Below, one piece after another: positions 36,808-46,670 of a DNA stretch of 64,000 nucleotides. The position numbers were made by a program, and so were the translations under genes. Origin of the DNA: Alphaproteobacteria bacterium (GTDB lineage: Bacteria; Pseudomonadota; Alphaproteobacteria; JAJTHO01; CANGYM01). The DNA lies in contig JBILMD010000001.1 in the NCBI GenBank assembly GCA_044375675.1, positions 30,377 through 94,376 on the forward strand. Direction: 5' to 3'. The notes below the pieces were generated by a model. The model was not told where the DNA came from, made no database searches, and saw only the letters and a program-made list of their open reading frames with translations. Every line of letters begins with the position of its first letter. The first letter of the stretch is position 1.

Positions 36808-36841
36808 ATGTCTTTCAGAATTTTCTCTAAAGGTATGCATC

Positions 36842-37141
36842 GTGTCCCTTAACGTTCGCCCCGATCATCTGGCATGGGTTCAAACGTTGCTAAAACACCT
36901 GATCCCCACAGCCACCGTGTGGGCCTTTGGATCCCGCGTTACCGGAACAGCCAGAGCAACCTCTGATTTGGATCTTTGCGTGGATAATCATCAAGCCTTG
37001 AGTTTTGAAACCTTGGCCGCGCTGCGGGATGCCTTTGCGGAATCCAACGTGCCCTATAAAGTGGATGTGGTGGATTGGCACAGCGTGGATCCTGCCTTTC
37101 AGGCCCTTATTCAAAAAAAGCGGGTGGTGATTCAGGGGTAG
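36842..37141 (+). CDS. Nucleotidyltransferase-domain protein (MNT-type, orphan)
   Basis: GTG start. VWAFGSRVTGTARATSDLDLCVD is the minimal nucleotidyltransferase motif. No HEPN or substrate-binding partner follows. Confidence 0.75.
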   Translation: MSLNVRPDHLAWVQTLLKHLIPTATVWAFGSRVTGTARATSDLDLCVDNHQALSFETLAALRDAFAESNVPYKVDVVDWHSVDPAFQALIQKKRVVIQG

Positions 37142-37162
37142 GGCTTTATACCGTTGAGCTTA

Positions 37163-39568
37163 TTACCGTCCCCCTCCCAACAACAAATACTGCCATAAAC
37201 TTTGATTGTTTATTTGAACATCTGGACGGGCCATGGGGCCGTTTAGGGTGATGATGATGGGCTGCGTGGCCTGAGGGGACGTCACAGAGGCGCGGATGTT
37301 CACCCGCTGGGATGTCATCTGCAGCGCCCCCTGCAGGCTGATGTCGGCTGCGGGCAATTTGACCTCTGCGCCTTGCAGGGTCAGGGTGCCCCTGCGAAAA
37401 TCCCCCTGAACCCACACAGACCGCATACCCAGATCTTGGGGCGTTAGAGGGCGGGATAACGCGGCGCCGGCCAAATTTTGAATGGTTTTCAAAACATCGG
37501 CGGGGGGACGCATCCCACTGCCCTTAAAACTGCCTTGGCCCGTTAAGGTTTGCAGGTGATCCCCCAAACATGTCCCCCATGACGATGTTTTCAGGGACAC
37601 CGTGGTGCTGCCCCCCCAGTCTGACAAAGCGACATCTTTGGCTTGTACCCTCATGTCCAAAATGGGCAGTCCCTGTGTGGACATAACATGCATACGCGCC
37701 CCCAGATGCCCCCGTTCATGATGGCCTGTTAGGGATGTTTGAAATCCCTGCTCAGAAACAGAAACCTTTTGATCCACTTGGGTCAAATCCCCATAAACGG
37801 TTTTCAAACGATCCGTGCGCAAACGAATCTGTGCGTCCATGGGTCTTGAGACATGGATTGTGGGCAAAGGCAAAGCCTGTCCCGCAGGACATGGGGAGGG
37901 GTTGGCCGAAACAGACCCCAAGTTCCCGATGCTGGAGAGGGCCTGCACAGACAGTGTTGGGGCGTACAGTCTGGCCTGAAGCATCGGGGGCGTTACGGTT
38001 AAATCCGCGTTGCCCTGTCCTGAAAAAGGAAATCCCCCCAATGTTCCCTGTATGGACGAAAGCCTCAGCTCTTTTTCCCCCCGCACCAGCGTCATCGTCA
38101 CCTGTGTTTCAGGGGACAAAGTGTAAGATGCTACGCCATTAAACCGCGGCGGGGCCGTTAAAGGCTCTAAGTGTCCTTTAAACGCGGCCATGGCCCCCTC
38201 TTCGTCCCTGTGCTGCAGGGTCACTTCAGGATAATGGGCATACCCCTCAACCTTGACTTGCAAGTCCCCGTTTAAATAAGAAACATTTTTAGGCATATTG
38301 GGAAGAAACGCCATAATATCGGTAAAAAAAGGCCCCGCTGTTTGCCCCGTAAAGCGCAGGTGGGGGGTGTTGGTGGGGTAAGATAGGGTTCCTGATAGGG
38401 AAAAACGCCCCTCTAAACTTGTTTTCATCCGCAAAGAGGCAATCTCCAGTGCCTTTTTATTCAGGGTCATTTCGGTTTCCAGCAGGCTGAGCCGCACAGA
38501 CCCAAGCTTGGTTTCCTCCGCCAAAAGGGTAAGGTGATACTGATCCTCTAGCCCCCGCAGCTGGGATAAAAGATCCATGGACGATGACGGCGATAATGCA
38601 ACATGACGCAACCGCAAACGGATGTCATGGGATGCATGGCCGCCCCCCTTGGCTGCCTGAATCGCCCAAGAACCCGAGCCATCTATGCCCCCCAGACGCA
38701 TGGTGTTCAGGGTGATCTGCCAGCCCTTCTGTTGCTGCACCGTCAGGCTGGCGGCAAAGGCCCCCAAGGCATGATCGCCCGTGATGTCCACCCCCAAAGG
38801 GTCGGCGGCGTTGACCCTGTGAAAACGGGCTACGCCTTTTTTAAACCCATCAACCTGATCGCTGCGCACGGTTAAATCCACAGATTCTGGAATCATGGTT
38901 TGCAGGGACAGGCCGGCCAAATGGTCCATCAGGCTATATGCCCTGTTTTGCGTGCTGGGGGTTTTCACCAGCGTTAAATCCCCAACAACCCTTTGGGGAC
39001 CCAGGGTCAAAGAGCCTGCTAACCCCTGAAAACCCGCTGCGGGTTCCCGAAAAACAATCTTCCCCTCGGGCATCCAAGATCCGGAAAGTACCCAATTTCC
39101 CCCAAAAACGCCATCAAAGTCCGTTTGCTCTGGGCGCATCAACACACGCAGGGCCATCCCCTTTCCCGATACAATCAACCGATGATCATCTGTCTGCTTG
39201 ACAGAAAACGTCAGATCGTTTTGGGTATACAGGGAAGTGCCCTGCTGCGTGATGTCCAGTGAACCCAAATGAATTTGATCAAAGGGACCATCCCCCCTAA
39301 GCCACCCCCGAAAATCCAGAGAAAACGTCACATCGCGCAAAATACCCCGCGTATCTCGTGGGCCTGTCACCAAAAGGCCCTGAACATGCAGGCCCTTAAA
39401 ACTCAGCTTTGACCCCGAGGTTGCCCGAATATCCCAACCGGTTTGGGACTTCAGGGCCGTTAAATACGTCGTGATTTTTTTATCCCAAGAAATGCCCAGT
39501 GTGGCATAAACCGCGGCCCCAACCACCAGAAACCCCACCAAAATCAGGGCCCAGAGCCATGCACGCAT
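37163..39568 (-). CDS. AsmA-family / large envelope-associated protein
   Basis: 801 aa. Single N-terminal TM segment (MRAWLWALILVGFLVVGAAVYA) followed by a long beta-rich region, as in AsmA-like proteins. The family assignment is tentative. Confidence 0.45.
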   Translation of the reverse strand: MRAWLWALILVGFLVVGAAVYATLGISWDKKITTYLTALKSQTGWDIRATSGSKLSFKGLHVQGLLVTGPRDTRGILRDVTFSLDFRGWLRGDGPFDQIHLGSLDITQQGTSLYTQNDLTFSVKQTDDHRLIVSGKGMALRVLMRPEQTDFDGVFGGNWVLSGSWMPEGKIVFREPAAGFQGLAGSLTLGPQRVVGDLTLVKTPSTQNRAYSLMDHLAGLSLQTMIPESVDLTVRSDQVDGFKKGVARFHRVNAADPLGVDITGDHALGAFAASLTVQQQKGWQITLNTMRLGGIDGSGSWAIQAAKGGGHASHDIRLRLRHVALSPSSSMDLLSQLRGLEDQYHLTLLAEETKLGSVRLSLLETEMTLNKKALEIASLRMKTSLEGRFSLSGTLSYPTNTPHLRFTGQTAGPFFTDIMAFLPNMPKNVSYLNGDLQVKVEGYAHYPEVTLQHRDEEGAMAAFKGHLEPLTAPPRFNGVASYTLSPETQVTMTLVRGEKELRLSSIQGTLGGFPFSGQGNADLTVTPPMLQARLYAPTLSVQALSSIGNLGSVSANPSPCPAGQALPLPTIHVSRPMDAQIRLRTDRLKTVYGDLTQVDQKVSVSEQGFQTSLTGHHERGHLGARMHVMSTQGLPILDMRVQAKDVALSDWGGSTTVSLKTSSWGTCLGDHLQTLTGQGSFKGSGMRPPADVLKTIQNLAGAALSRPLTPQDLGMRSVWVQGDFRRGTLTLQGAEVKLPAADISLQGALQMTSQRVNIRASVTSPQATQPIIITLNGPMARPDVQINNQSLWQYLLLGGGR

Positions 39569-39574
39569 CCGCCA

Positions 39575-39979
39575 TCACACCAAAAAAGAGGCCAAAGTCT
39601 GCTTTGTGGTTCCGATGTAGGCTTGAAGACAATTGCTCAGGGCTTTTTGAACTTCGCGCTGGGAATAGGTCGAAAAATCCACCTGTTCCTGCAAATTTCC
39701 CTGAATTTTAGGCAAGCGCTTTTCTATATAGCTCAGATTGGCATTCAACAAAGCCACCGGCGAGGTTTGGCGCAAGCATAGCTGCCAATGGGAAAAGACA
39801 TCCGTCACCATATCGGAAACAACATGCTGTTGCCGTTTGGATGCCGCCTGAAAGGCATCCGCTGCCCATTGTTGTAAAGATCGCACCGCATCAAACTGGG
39901 CCTGATACAGCGGCCGTGTGTTTAAAAACAAAGGAGACATAAGAATGGTTCCATCTGATTGTCCCTTATAGTTTTGCAT
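39575..39979 (-). CDS. Hypothetical helical protein (phasin-like?)
   Basis: 134 aa, Gln/Ala-rich and helical. Lies 6 nt upstream of the AsmA-like gene. The phasin resemblance is weak. Confidence 0.3.
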   Translation of the reverse strand: MQNYKGQSDGTILMSPLFLNTRPLYQAQFDAVRSLQQWAADAFQAASKRQQHVVSDMVTDVFSHWQLCLRQTSPVALLNANLSYIEKRLPKIQGNLQEQVDFSTYSQREVQKALSNCLQAYIGTTKQTLASFLV

Positions 39980-40004
39980 GTTCTGCCAAAGGGTGCAAGA
40001 GGGT

Positions 40005-40913
40005 CTATTGATCCCACGCCATCACCGACCTGGGGGCATGCATACGAATGTCTTGGGCAAGGGCCGCCATATCGCCAAGATCATGGGCGTCATAAATCCG
40101 ATACCAGCGATCGCCGCTCTGGGGATGGACCAGCGACACATGCAACATGGGGGCAGCCTCGCCGCCACCCTCAGCATACACACCGATGGGGGTTTTGCAG
40201 GTGGCGCCCAGGGCGGAAAGCAAAGCCCGCTCTAGCGTAATGCGAGCGCGGGTGGGGGCATGATCCAAAACCCGCCAAGCCTCTGACCAACGGGACACAT
40301 CATCCCGCCGCACCACAACGCCAATCACCCCTTGGGCCACAGCGGGTGTCATCACGGCGCAGGGCAAAGGAATCCACGCATGAGAAATCCCCAACCGATT
40401 TAAGCCCGCCCGTGCCAAAACCACGCCATCAAAACCCCCATTCAATGCCTTAAGACGCGTGGGCACATTGCCCCGCAGGGATTGAATCACGAAATCACCC
40501 CTCACCGCCCGCAAATGACCCGCGCGGCGCAAAGAGCTGGTGCCTATACATGCGCCCAAGGGCAAATCATCCAACCTCTGCCATGCGGGATCTTTAACCA
40601 CCAACACATCCTCTGGATCCTCCGCCGGCAGGACAGCGGCCAAGGCCAGATCAGGGGCCAAATCCGATTCCACGTCCTTAAGAGAATGTACCGCCCAATC
40701 AATCACCCCTTGGCGCAAGGCCAAGTCGATTTCTTTGCAAAACAAATTTTTCCCACCCACATCATAAAGAGGGCGATCCGTAATGCGGTCCCCTGTGGTG
40801 GTTATATCCGTTTCCTGAAAGGTATAGCCCAATGCCCCACAAGCGCCCTTGACCAAAGCGGCCTGCGCCTTAGACAAATCGCTGCTGCGGCATCCGAGTC
40901 GAACCAACGGCAT
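40005..40913 (-). CDS. hemC: Hydroxymethylbilane synthase (porphobilinogen deaminase)
   Basis: RLGCRSSDLSKAQA, LRGNVPTRLKAL and ALGATCKTPIG (cofactor Cys) are present. Confidence 0.9.
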   Translation of the reverse strand: MPLVRLGCRSSDLSKAQAALVKGACGALGYTFQETDITTTGDRITDRPLYDVGGKNLFCKEIDLALRQGVIDWAVHSLKDVESDLAPDLALAAVLPAEDPEDVLVVKDPAWQRLDDLPLGACIGTSSLRRAGHLRAVRGDFVIQSLRGNVPTRLKALNGGFDGVVLARAGLNRLGISHAWIPLPCAVMTPAVAQGVIGVVVRRDDVSRWSEAWRVLDHAPTRARITLERALLSALGATCKTPIGVYAEGGGEAAPMLHVSLVHPQSGDRWYRIYDAHDLGDMAALAQDIRMHAPRSVMAWDQ

Positions 40914-40922
40914 GAATAATGC

Positions 40923-41177
40923 TTAAGCCTCTGAAGGCAAATCAGCATCATCCTCAGTATCAAACAACTTGACAGGGTTCAGAGGCATAATCGTGGAAAT
41001 GGCGTGTTTATACACCAACTGGGTATACGCATCCCGACGCAGCAAAACACAAAAGTTATCAAACCATGTCACGCTGCCCTGAAGCTTAACCCCATTGACC
41101 AAAAAAACCGTCACCGAGATTTTGTTTTTCCGGATGTGGTTTAAAAAGATATCTTGTAAATTGTTTTTGTCGGCCAT
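40923..41177 (-). CDS. hfq: RNA chaperone Hfq
   Basis: [40 protein letters not shown]...YKHAISTI covers the Sm1/Sm2 motifs. Confidence 0.95.
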   Translation of the reverse strand: MADKNNLQDIFLNHIRKNKISVTVFLVNGVKLQGSVTWFDNFCVLLRRDAYTQLVYKHAISTIMPLNPVKLFDTEDDADLPSEA

Positions 41178-41220
41178 GGTCCACCCAATTTCTATTTTAT
41201 TGTTCAGGTTCAGGTTTTGT

Positions 41221-41898
41221 TTAACCTAATTTTTGCATTAAACCAAGACTTTCTAAAAGTTGGGTTAAATCATCTGCACAGGACACATAAAGATTTGGGG
41301 CACAGTCGTCAAATTCTTTCTCTTTGGGGGGCACATCGCGCAGCAACAGGCCTGTGACGCCGGCATGGCGGGCTGCCAGCATATCCGTGGTGGAATCCCC
41401 GATCATCCACACATCCGGCGCACACACTATGTCCGTTCCCAGCAGGGCATAATCCAAAGGGGCGCGATCCGGCTTGTCCCGCAACGCATCGCCGGCCCCA
41501 ACAATGGCATCGAAAAAAGAAGACCACCCAAACTGGGCAACCTCATCCCGTAAATAAGGGCCAGTTTTGTTGCTGACCACCGCCATAAACACCCCTGAGG
41601 AACGCAGGCGCCGCAACATATCTTCACACCCCTGCAAGGGGGCAATGTGGGTTAGGTGCATATCTTTAAAGGCTTTGTAATAGGCCTCCCTCGCCACAGG
41701 CCACTGATCCCCAAACAGGGCCGGAAACGTATCGCGGCCCGATCGGGTTTGTTTGAACCGCACATCTTCCATACTGATGGGGGGAAACCCCACGGCGGTG
41801 GTGGCGGCATCGTAACAATGCTTAATCACCGCCGCACTGTCGGCCAATGTACCGTCCCAATCAAACAGTAAAGCGCGTGGTGTCGGTAAATCGGCCAT
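41221..41898 (-). CDS. HAD-superfamily hydrolase (phosphoglycolate phosphatase-like)
   Basis: Motif [13 protein letters not shown], motif II VVSNK, motif [13 protein letters not shown]. The start at 41898 (MADLPTP) is preferred over 41925. Confidence 0.8.
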   Translation of the reverse strand: MADLPTPRALLFDWDGTLADSAAVIKHCYDAATTAVGFPPISMEDVRFKQTRSGRDTFPALFGDQWPVAREAYYKAFKDMHLTHIAPLQGCEDMLRRLRSSGVFMAVVSNKTGPYLRDEVAQFGWSSFFDAIVGAGDALRDKPDRAPLDYALLGTDIVCAPDVWMIGDSTTDMLAARHAGVTGLLLRDVPPKEKEFDDCAPNLYVSCADDLTQLLESLGLMQKLG

Positions 41899-42751
41899 GT
41901 TTCTGTTCCTGAACAAAGGTTTCATAAAGCGAAAGAAGATTTTGCGTTACAGGTCCGGCCTGCCCCAAACCCACAGGGTGATGATCCACACGTGTCACAG
42001 GAATCACAAAACCCGTGGTGCGTGTGATAAAGGCTTCCGCTGCGTCCTTAATCTCACTGACCGCAAAGGGGCGCTCTGTCACCCTCAATCCCGCTGCTCT
42101 GGCCAAGGCGATTAAGCGTGTGCGTGTAATCCCTTTTAAAATGGCATGGCTGGGGGGGCGGGTGAGAATCTCCCCCGTTTGGGTCACCATAAAGGCATTG
42201 CAAGAGGATCCTTCGGTGATAAATCCCTGATCATCCACCATCCACACATCATCCGCCCCTGCCTCCGTTGCCGATTGTTTGGCCATGGAGGGGGCCAGCA
42301 GAGCAATGGCTTTGATATCACACCGCCCCCAGCGCAGGTCAGGGGCCATGATGACCGCCATACCCTTGGTGCGCAACCCTTCGGAAACCGGTTTATGACG
42401 ATAGGGAATGATGGTCAGAACGGGCGGGCAAAACCGTTTGGGAAACGCAAAATCCCGCGTGGCAGGCACGCCCCGCGTGATGGAGATATAGATATTGACG
42501 GTGCTAAGGGTATTTTTCAGCCTGACTTGGCGGATGCATTGCTTTAAGGCTTTGGGCGACATCGGCCAAGGAATCTGCAGCTGGGATAACGAATAATCCA
42601 GACGGTCCAAGTGCCAGTCCTCATCCACACCATGGTGATTTGTGTAATGGATGACTTCGTAAACGCCATCCCCGAACTGATAGCCACGGTCCTGAACAGA
42701 GGCCGCAGCCTGCATCAAAGGACAATAGACACCATTGTTATAAACGATCAT
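41861..42751 (-). CDS. Class IV aminotransferase (D-amino-acid / branched-chain)
   Basis: 296 aa. DRGYQFGDGVYEV near the N terminus and GITR later are typical of fold-type IV PLP enzymes. Confidence 0.75.
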   Translation of the reverse strand: MIVYNNGVYCPLMQAAASVQDRGYQFGDGVYEVIHYTNHHGVDEDWHLDRLDYSLSQLQIPWPMSPKALKQCIRQVRLKNTLSTVNIYISITRGVPATRDFAFPKRFCPPVLTIIPYRHKPVSEGLRTKGMAVIMAPDLRWGRCDIKAIALLAPSMAKQSATEAGADDVWMVDDQGFITEGSSCNAFMVTQTGEILTRPPSHAILKGITRTRLIALARAAGLRVTERPFAVSEIKDAAEAFITRTTGFVIPVTRVDHHPVGLGQAGPVTQNLLSLYETFVQEQKHGRFTDTTRFTV

Positions 42752-42897
42752 GAAAAACCCACAAAAAACACTTTTTAAAAAGCCGTATTTTCAAAGGGGC
42801 GTCAAGGTGTTTTCTTGACACTGTCTGATGGGTATATCTGGACAGGCTGTCTGCTTTGACTTATAACCCAAGAACCGTGCGTTGGTATTGATTTTTT

Positions 42898-43698
42898 ATG
42901 CGTCATATCGTGGCTTTTTTCCGTTTAACAGGGATCCTTTTTATCACGGGGTTTGCCATCGGGATGTTTGTTCTGGCGATTGTTTTTCGCCTAAGCACTC
43001 ATAAAATTCCCCTGTACTGGCACAGGGGAATTTTGGCCATTTCTGGCCTGCGGGTTCATGTGATCGGAACGCCCAGTTCCATAACCCCAACACTGTTTGC
43101 CAGCAATCATAGTTCATACTGGGATATTGTCGTTTTGGGGTCCCTGATTGAGGGATCCTTCATCGCCAAAAAGGAAATCGCCAGCTGGCCTGTCGTCAGT
43201 TTTCTGGCCAAGCTGCAAAAAACCTATTTTGTGGACCGAAAGCCCCGTCATGCCCAAGAACAGCTGGATGATCTGGCATTGTTTTTACAAGAAAAACGAA
43301 ACTTAATTTTGTTCCCCGAGGGCACCAGCAACGATGGCAATCGGGTCTATCCGTTTAAACCCACCCTGTTTCGCATGGCCGAACACGATCAGTTGGTCAT
43401 TCAACCCGTGACCGTGGTGTATTCTCTGCTGGATGGTATGCCCTTGCACAGGGGCCTTCGCCCCTTGACAGCCTGGTATGGGGATATGGACCTTTTTTCC
43501 CATTTGTGGACCGTTTTGGGTATGGGAACGCTGCAGGTGGATGTTGTTTTCCATGACGTGATGGACCCATCGGCCTTTACCTCTCGCAAAGAGATGGCAA
43601 AAAAAGCCCATATGATGATTAAGAGGGGCCTAGAGCAACGTTACCGCAACGCCTTTATGGACCATGAACCCAAAACCCTGCGTCGCCGTCATGCCTGA
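42898..43698 (+). CDS. plsC: 1-acyl-sn-glycerol-3-phosphate acyltransferase family (LPLAT)
   Basis: N-terminal TM segment. NHSSYWD (HX4D) and FPEGTSNDG motifs. Confidence 0.8.
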   Translation: MRHIVAFFRLTGILFITGFAIGMFVLAIVFRLSTHKIPLYWHRGILAISGLRVHVIGTPSSITPTLFASNHSSYWDIVVLGSLIEGSFIAKKEIASWPVVSFLAKLQKTYFVDRKPRHAQEQLDDLALFLQEKRNLILFPEGTSNDGNRVYPFKPTLFRMAEHDQLVIQPVTVVYSLLDGMPLHRGLRPLTAWYGDMDLFSHLWTVLGMGTLQVDVVFHDVMDPSAFTSRKEMAKKAHMMIKRGLEQRYRNAFMDHEPKTLRRRHA

Positions 43699-45061
43699 AT
43701 CCCAAACCCGTAAACTGTTTTTGAAAACCTATGGCTGTCAGATGAATGTCTATGACAGCCAGCGCATGGCGGCCCTGCTGAAGCCATTGCATTTCGAGGA
43801 AACGGATGACATGCAGCAGGCTGATTTGGTGCTGCTGAACACATGCCACATTCGGGAAAAAGCCGCAGAAAAAGTCTATTCCGAATTGGGTCGCATCAAA
43901 ACCATCCGCAATCGGCGCCGCAAACAGGGATCCGACACGTTGATTGCCGTGGCGGGATGCGTGGCACAGGCGGAGGGCGAGGAAATGGCCCGTCGCGCCC
44001 CCTTTGTGGATATGATCGTTGGCCCTCAGTCCTATCATCACCTGCCAGAGCTGATCACCAAGGTCCTGCGCCAAAAAGGCACGGCTTTGATGACGGATTT
44101 TCCTGAGGTCACCAAATTCGATGCCGCCATGCCCGATGTGGCCCATGGTCGGGCCAGCGCCTTTGTCACCATTCAAGAAGGATGCGATAAATTCTGTTCC
44201 TTTTGTGTTGTCCCCTACACACGGGGCGCGGAATATTCCCGATCGGTGGTTGAGATTCTTGAGGAAGTTGAAAAAGCCCTCAATCAGGGTGTTTTGGAAA
44301 TCACCCTTTTGGGGCAGAACGTCAATGCCTATCACGGACAGGGCCCTGATGGAACGGTTTGGGGGCTGGGAAAACTGCTCTTTGCCTTGGCAGAACTGCC
44401 CAAATTGCAACGCATTCGCTACACCACATCCCATCCCCGCGATGTTGACGATGATTTGCTGGCGGCGCACAGAGACCTCAGGGTCTTAATGCCCTTTTTG
44501 CATCTGCCCGTGCAATCAGGATCGGACAAAATTTTGCGGGCCATGAACCGTAAGCACACACGGGAAGACTATCTCTCCATCATAGAGCGCCTGCGGCAGG
44601 CCCGCCCCGATATCGGGTTTTCTTCTGATTTTATTGTTGGTTTTCCTGGGGAAACTGAGGCTGATTTTGAAGACACCCTTGCCTTGGTCAAGGCCGTTGG
44701 GTACGCACAGGCCTATTCCTTTGCCTATAGTCCGCGCCCGGGGACACCGGCAGCGCTGGAGCCCCTGCAGGTGCCTGAGGACATCAAGCGGGAGAGGCTT
44801 CATCGTTTGCAGGCCCTTATCGGGGACGGCCAACAGGCCTTTAATCAGGTCAGCATCGGTCAAACCCTGCCTGTTTTGCTGGAATCGCGGGGAAAAAAGG
44901 CAGGACAGCTTATGGGGCGCAGCCCCCAGATGCAATCGGTTCTGGTGCAGGGACCCGAAACGTGGCTTGGCACCCTTCAAACCGTCCACATCACAGGGGG
45001 ATACGCCAACAGCTTGGTGGGGGTGGTCCATGCGCCTGATGATATGCGCGTAAGGGTCTAA
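43691..45061 (+). CDS. miaB: tRNA-2-methylthio-N6-dimethylallyladenosine synthase MiaB
   Basis: KLFLKTYGCQMNVYDS (UPF0004 domain). Radical SAM motif CDKFCSFCVVPYTRG. C-terminal TRAM domain. Confidence 0.9.
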   Translation: MPESQTRKLFLKTYGCQMNVYDSQRMAALLKPLHFEETDDMQQADLVLLNTCHIREKAAEKVYSELGRIKTIRNRRRKQGSDTLIAVAGCVAQAEGEEMARRAPFVDMIVGPQSYHHLPELITKVLRQKGTALMTDFPEVTKFDAAMPDVAHGRASAFVTIQEGCDKFCSFCVVPYTRGAEYSRSVVEILEEVEKALNQGVLEITLLGQNVNAYHGQGPDGTVWGLGKLLFALAELPKLQRIRYTTSHPRDVDDDLLAAHRDLRVLMPFLHLPVQSGSDKILRAMNRKHTREDYLSIIERLRQARPDIGFSSDFIVGFPGETEADFEDTLALVKAVGYAQAYSFAYSPRPGTPAALEPLQVPEDIKRERLHRLQALIGDGQQAFNQVSIGQTLPVLLESRGKKAGQLMGRSPQMQSVLVQGPETWLGTLQTVHITGGYANSLVGVVHAPDDMRVRV

Positions 45062-45076
45062 AGTGTCCAAAAAAAG

Positions 45077-45105
45077 TTGACTATTTTCATCAAGATTGAT
45101 ACAGT
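45077..45105 (+). promoter_or_regulatory. Sigma70-like promoter TTGACT-N17-TACAGT upstream of the BI-1 gene
   Basis: Read directly from the sequence. Followed by a 7-bp perfect hairpin CTATAGG-aaa-CCTATAG at 45113-45129. Confidence 0.4.
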
Positions 45106-45156
45106 AACTAGACTATAGGAAACCTATAGACTGAAAAAAACCTTGGAGATTGCTCT

Positions 45157-45864
45157 ATGCTGAATGAAAAAGTCATTTCTTCCTCTGGCCGCGCCGAGGT
45201 TCAGGTGGACCCCGGTCTGCGGGCCTATATGATTCGTGTTTACAACAATATGTTTGTGGGATTGCTGCTGACCGCTCTGGTGGCTTATTTCACCGCCCAG
45301 TCACAGCCCGCTGTCATGTTCATCTTAAACAATCAACTGATTTTAAATCTAATAATGTTCGGCATGGCTATTGGGTTTAGCTTTGTGATGAACCGCTTGT
45401 CCTATACTGGTCTTCAGCTTTATTTTTACGGGTTTGCCGCTCTTTTTGGGGTCATGACCTCCATGTATCTGTTTGTATACACAGGCGAAAGCGTCGCACG
45501 GGCTTTTGTTATGACAGCCGCCCTTTTCGGGGGCCTCAGCCTTTATGGGTACACGACAAAACGTGACCTGACGTCCATGGGCACCTTTTTGATCGTGGGT
45601 CTTTGGGTTTTGATTATCGGCTCTCTGATTAACGCCCTTATTTTCAAAATCACTTTTCCATCCATGGCCATCAACGCGATTGTTCTAGTAATCTTTACAG
45701 GACTCACCGCCTATGACACCCAAAAAATTCGGAACTTGTACTACAGCGGTGTGGGACACGAGGGTCTTCAAAAACTCTCCGTTGCCGGCGCTCTGACCCT
45801 GTATCTGGACTTTATCAACATGTTTCTGGCCATGCTGCGTCTGTTTGGGAATCAAAGAAACTAA
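45157..45864 (+). CDS. Bax inhibitor-1/YccA family membrane protein
   Basis: 235 aa, 7 TM segments. LRAYMIRVYNNMFVGLLLTA at the N terminus and YLDFINMFLAMLRLFG at the C terminus. Confidence 0.85.
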   Translation: MLNEKVISSSGRAEVQVDPGLRAYMIRVYNNMFVGLLLTALVAYFTAQSQPAVMFILNNQLILNLIMFGMAIGFSFVMNRLSYTGLQLYFYGFAALFGVMTSMYLFVYTGESVARAFVMTAALFGGLSLYGYTTKRDLTSMGTFLIVGLWVLIIGSLINALIFKITFPSMAINAIVLVIFTGLTAYDTQKIRNLYYSGVGHEGLQKLSVAGALTLYLDFINMFLAMLRLFGNQRN

Positions 45865-45908
45865 TCACGCTTCTTTGAACATTGCCAAAAGGGAAGGGGG
45901 GTCAGCGG

Positions 45909-46670
45909 TCAAACGCTGGCCCCCACCGTTTTCAGGATCCCCTGAATGGTTAAATCGGCAACACTGGGGATCTTCAGGGCGGGGGCAAACAGGGGGGCAA
46001 TGCCGCCTGTGGCGATGACGGCCGGATCGACATCCGGAAAAACTTCAGCTTTCAGGCGAAACAGCAATCCCTCGATCATGGAAAGATAGCCATAATAAAG
46101 GCCTGACTGCATGGCATCCTGCGTGGTTTTTCCCAGAACCTTGGGCGGGGGGGCCAAAGAAATCATAGGTAATTTTGCCGCGGCCTGTGCCAAAGCCCGC
46201 AAAGAAACCTCTGGCCCTGGGGCAATCAGGCCCCCCGCATAACATCCCGCCGCCGTCACCACATCAAAGGTGGTGGCCGTGCCAAAATCAATCACAATCA
46301 CAGGGGCGCCGTAAAGGGCCATAGCCGCCGCCGCATTCACCAACCGATCCATCCCCACCGTTTCCGGATGGGGCAAATCAATGGGTAGGCCCACGTCCTG
46401 CGCCGTTAAAAAGTGGGCGGAATGGGGGCAAAAGGCATCCACCATCTCTGCCAGCACACGGTCATAGGCCGGCACAACAGAACACACCACCACACGGGTC
46501 ACATCCCCCAGGGAAAACCCTTTCAGGGCCAAAATCCCCGACAGGGTGCCCCATAATACATCCGCCGTGGTGCGTGTGTCTGTGGGAATACGCACGTGGG
46601 CCCGAATTTCGTGCCCCTGACACAGCGCAAACACCGTGTGGGAATTGCCAACATCAACGGCCAGCAACAT
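45909..46670 (-). CDS. coaX: Type III pantothenate kinase
   Basis: MLLAVDVGNSHTVFAL; VIDFGTATTFD. Confidence 0.9.
   Translation of the reverse strand: MLLAVDVGNSHTVFALCQGHEIRAHVRIPTDTRTTADVLWGTLSGILALKGFSLGDVTRVVVCSVVPAYDRVLAEMVDAFCPHSAHFLTAQDVGLPIDLPHPETVGMDRLVNAAAAMALYGAPVIVIDFGTATTFDVVTAAGCYAGGLIAPGPEVSLRALAQAAAKLPMISLAPPPKVLGKTTQDAMQSGLYYGYLSMIEGLLFRLKAEVFPDVDPAVIATGGIAPLFAPALKIPSVADLTIQGILKTVGASV

Noticed and set aside
39575-39979. A confident phasin (PHA granule protein) assignment for the 134-aa helical protein.
   Set aside because: The resemblance is limited to composition and helicity. No pha genes are nearby. It is kept at low confidence only.
43655-44470. 271-aa ORF on the minus strand, antisense to miaB. 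Similar long antisense ORFs occur at 44516-45070, 59371-59994, 52802-53353, 34952-35506, 21270-21761, 7615-8016, 57502-57936 and 11310-11891.
   Set aside because: Each lies entirely inside a confidently identified gene on the other strand. Their compositions are Arg/Gly/His-rich and nonsense-like, with no motifs. These are typical shadow ORFs of GC-biased coding DNA.
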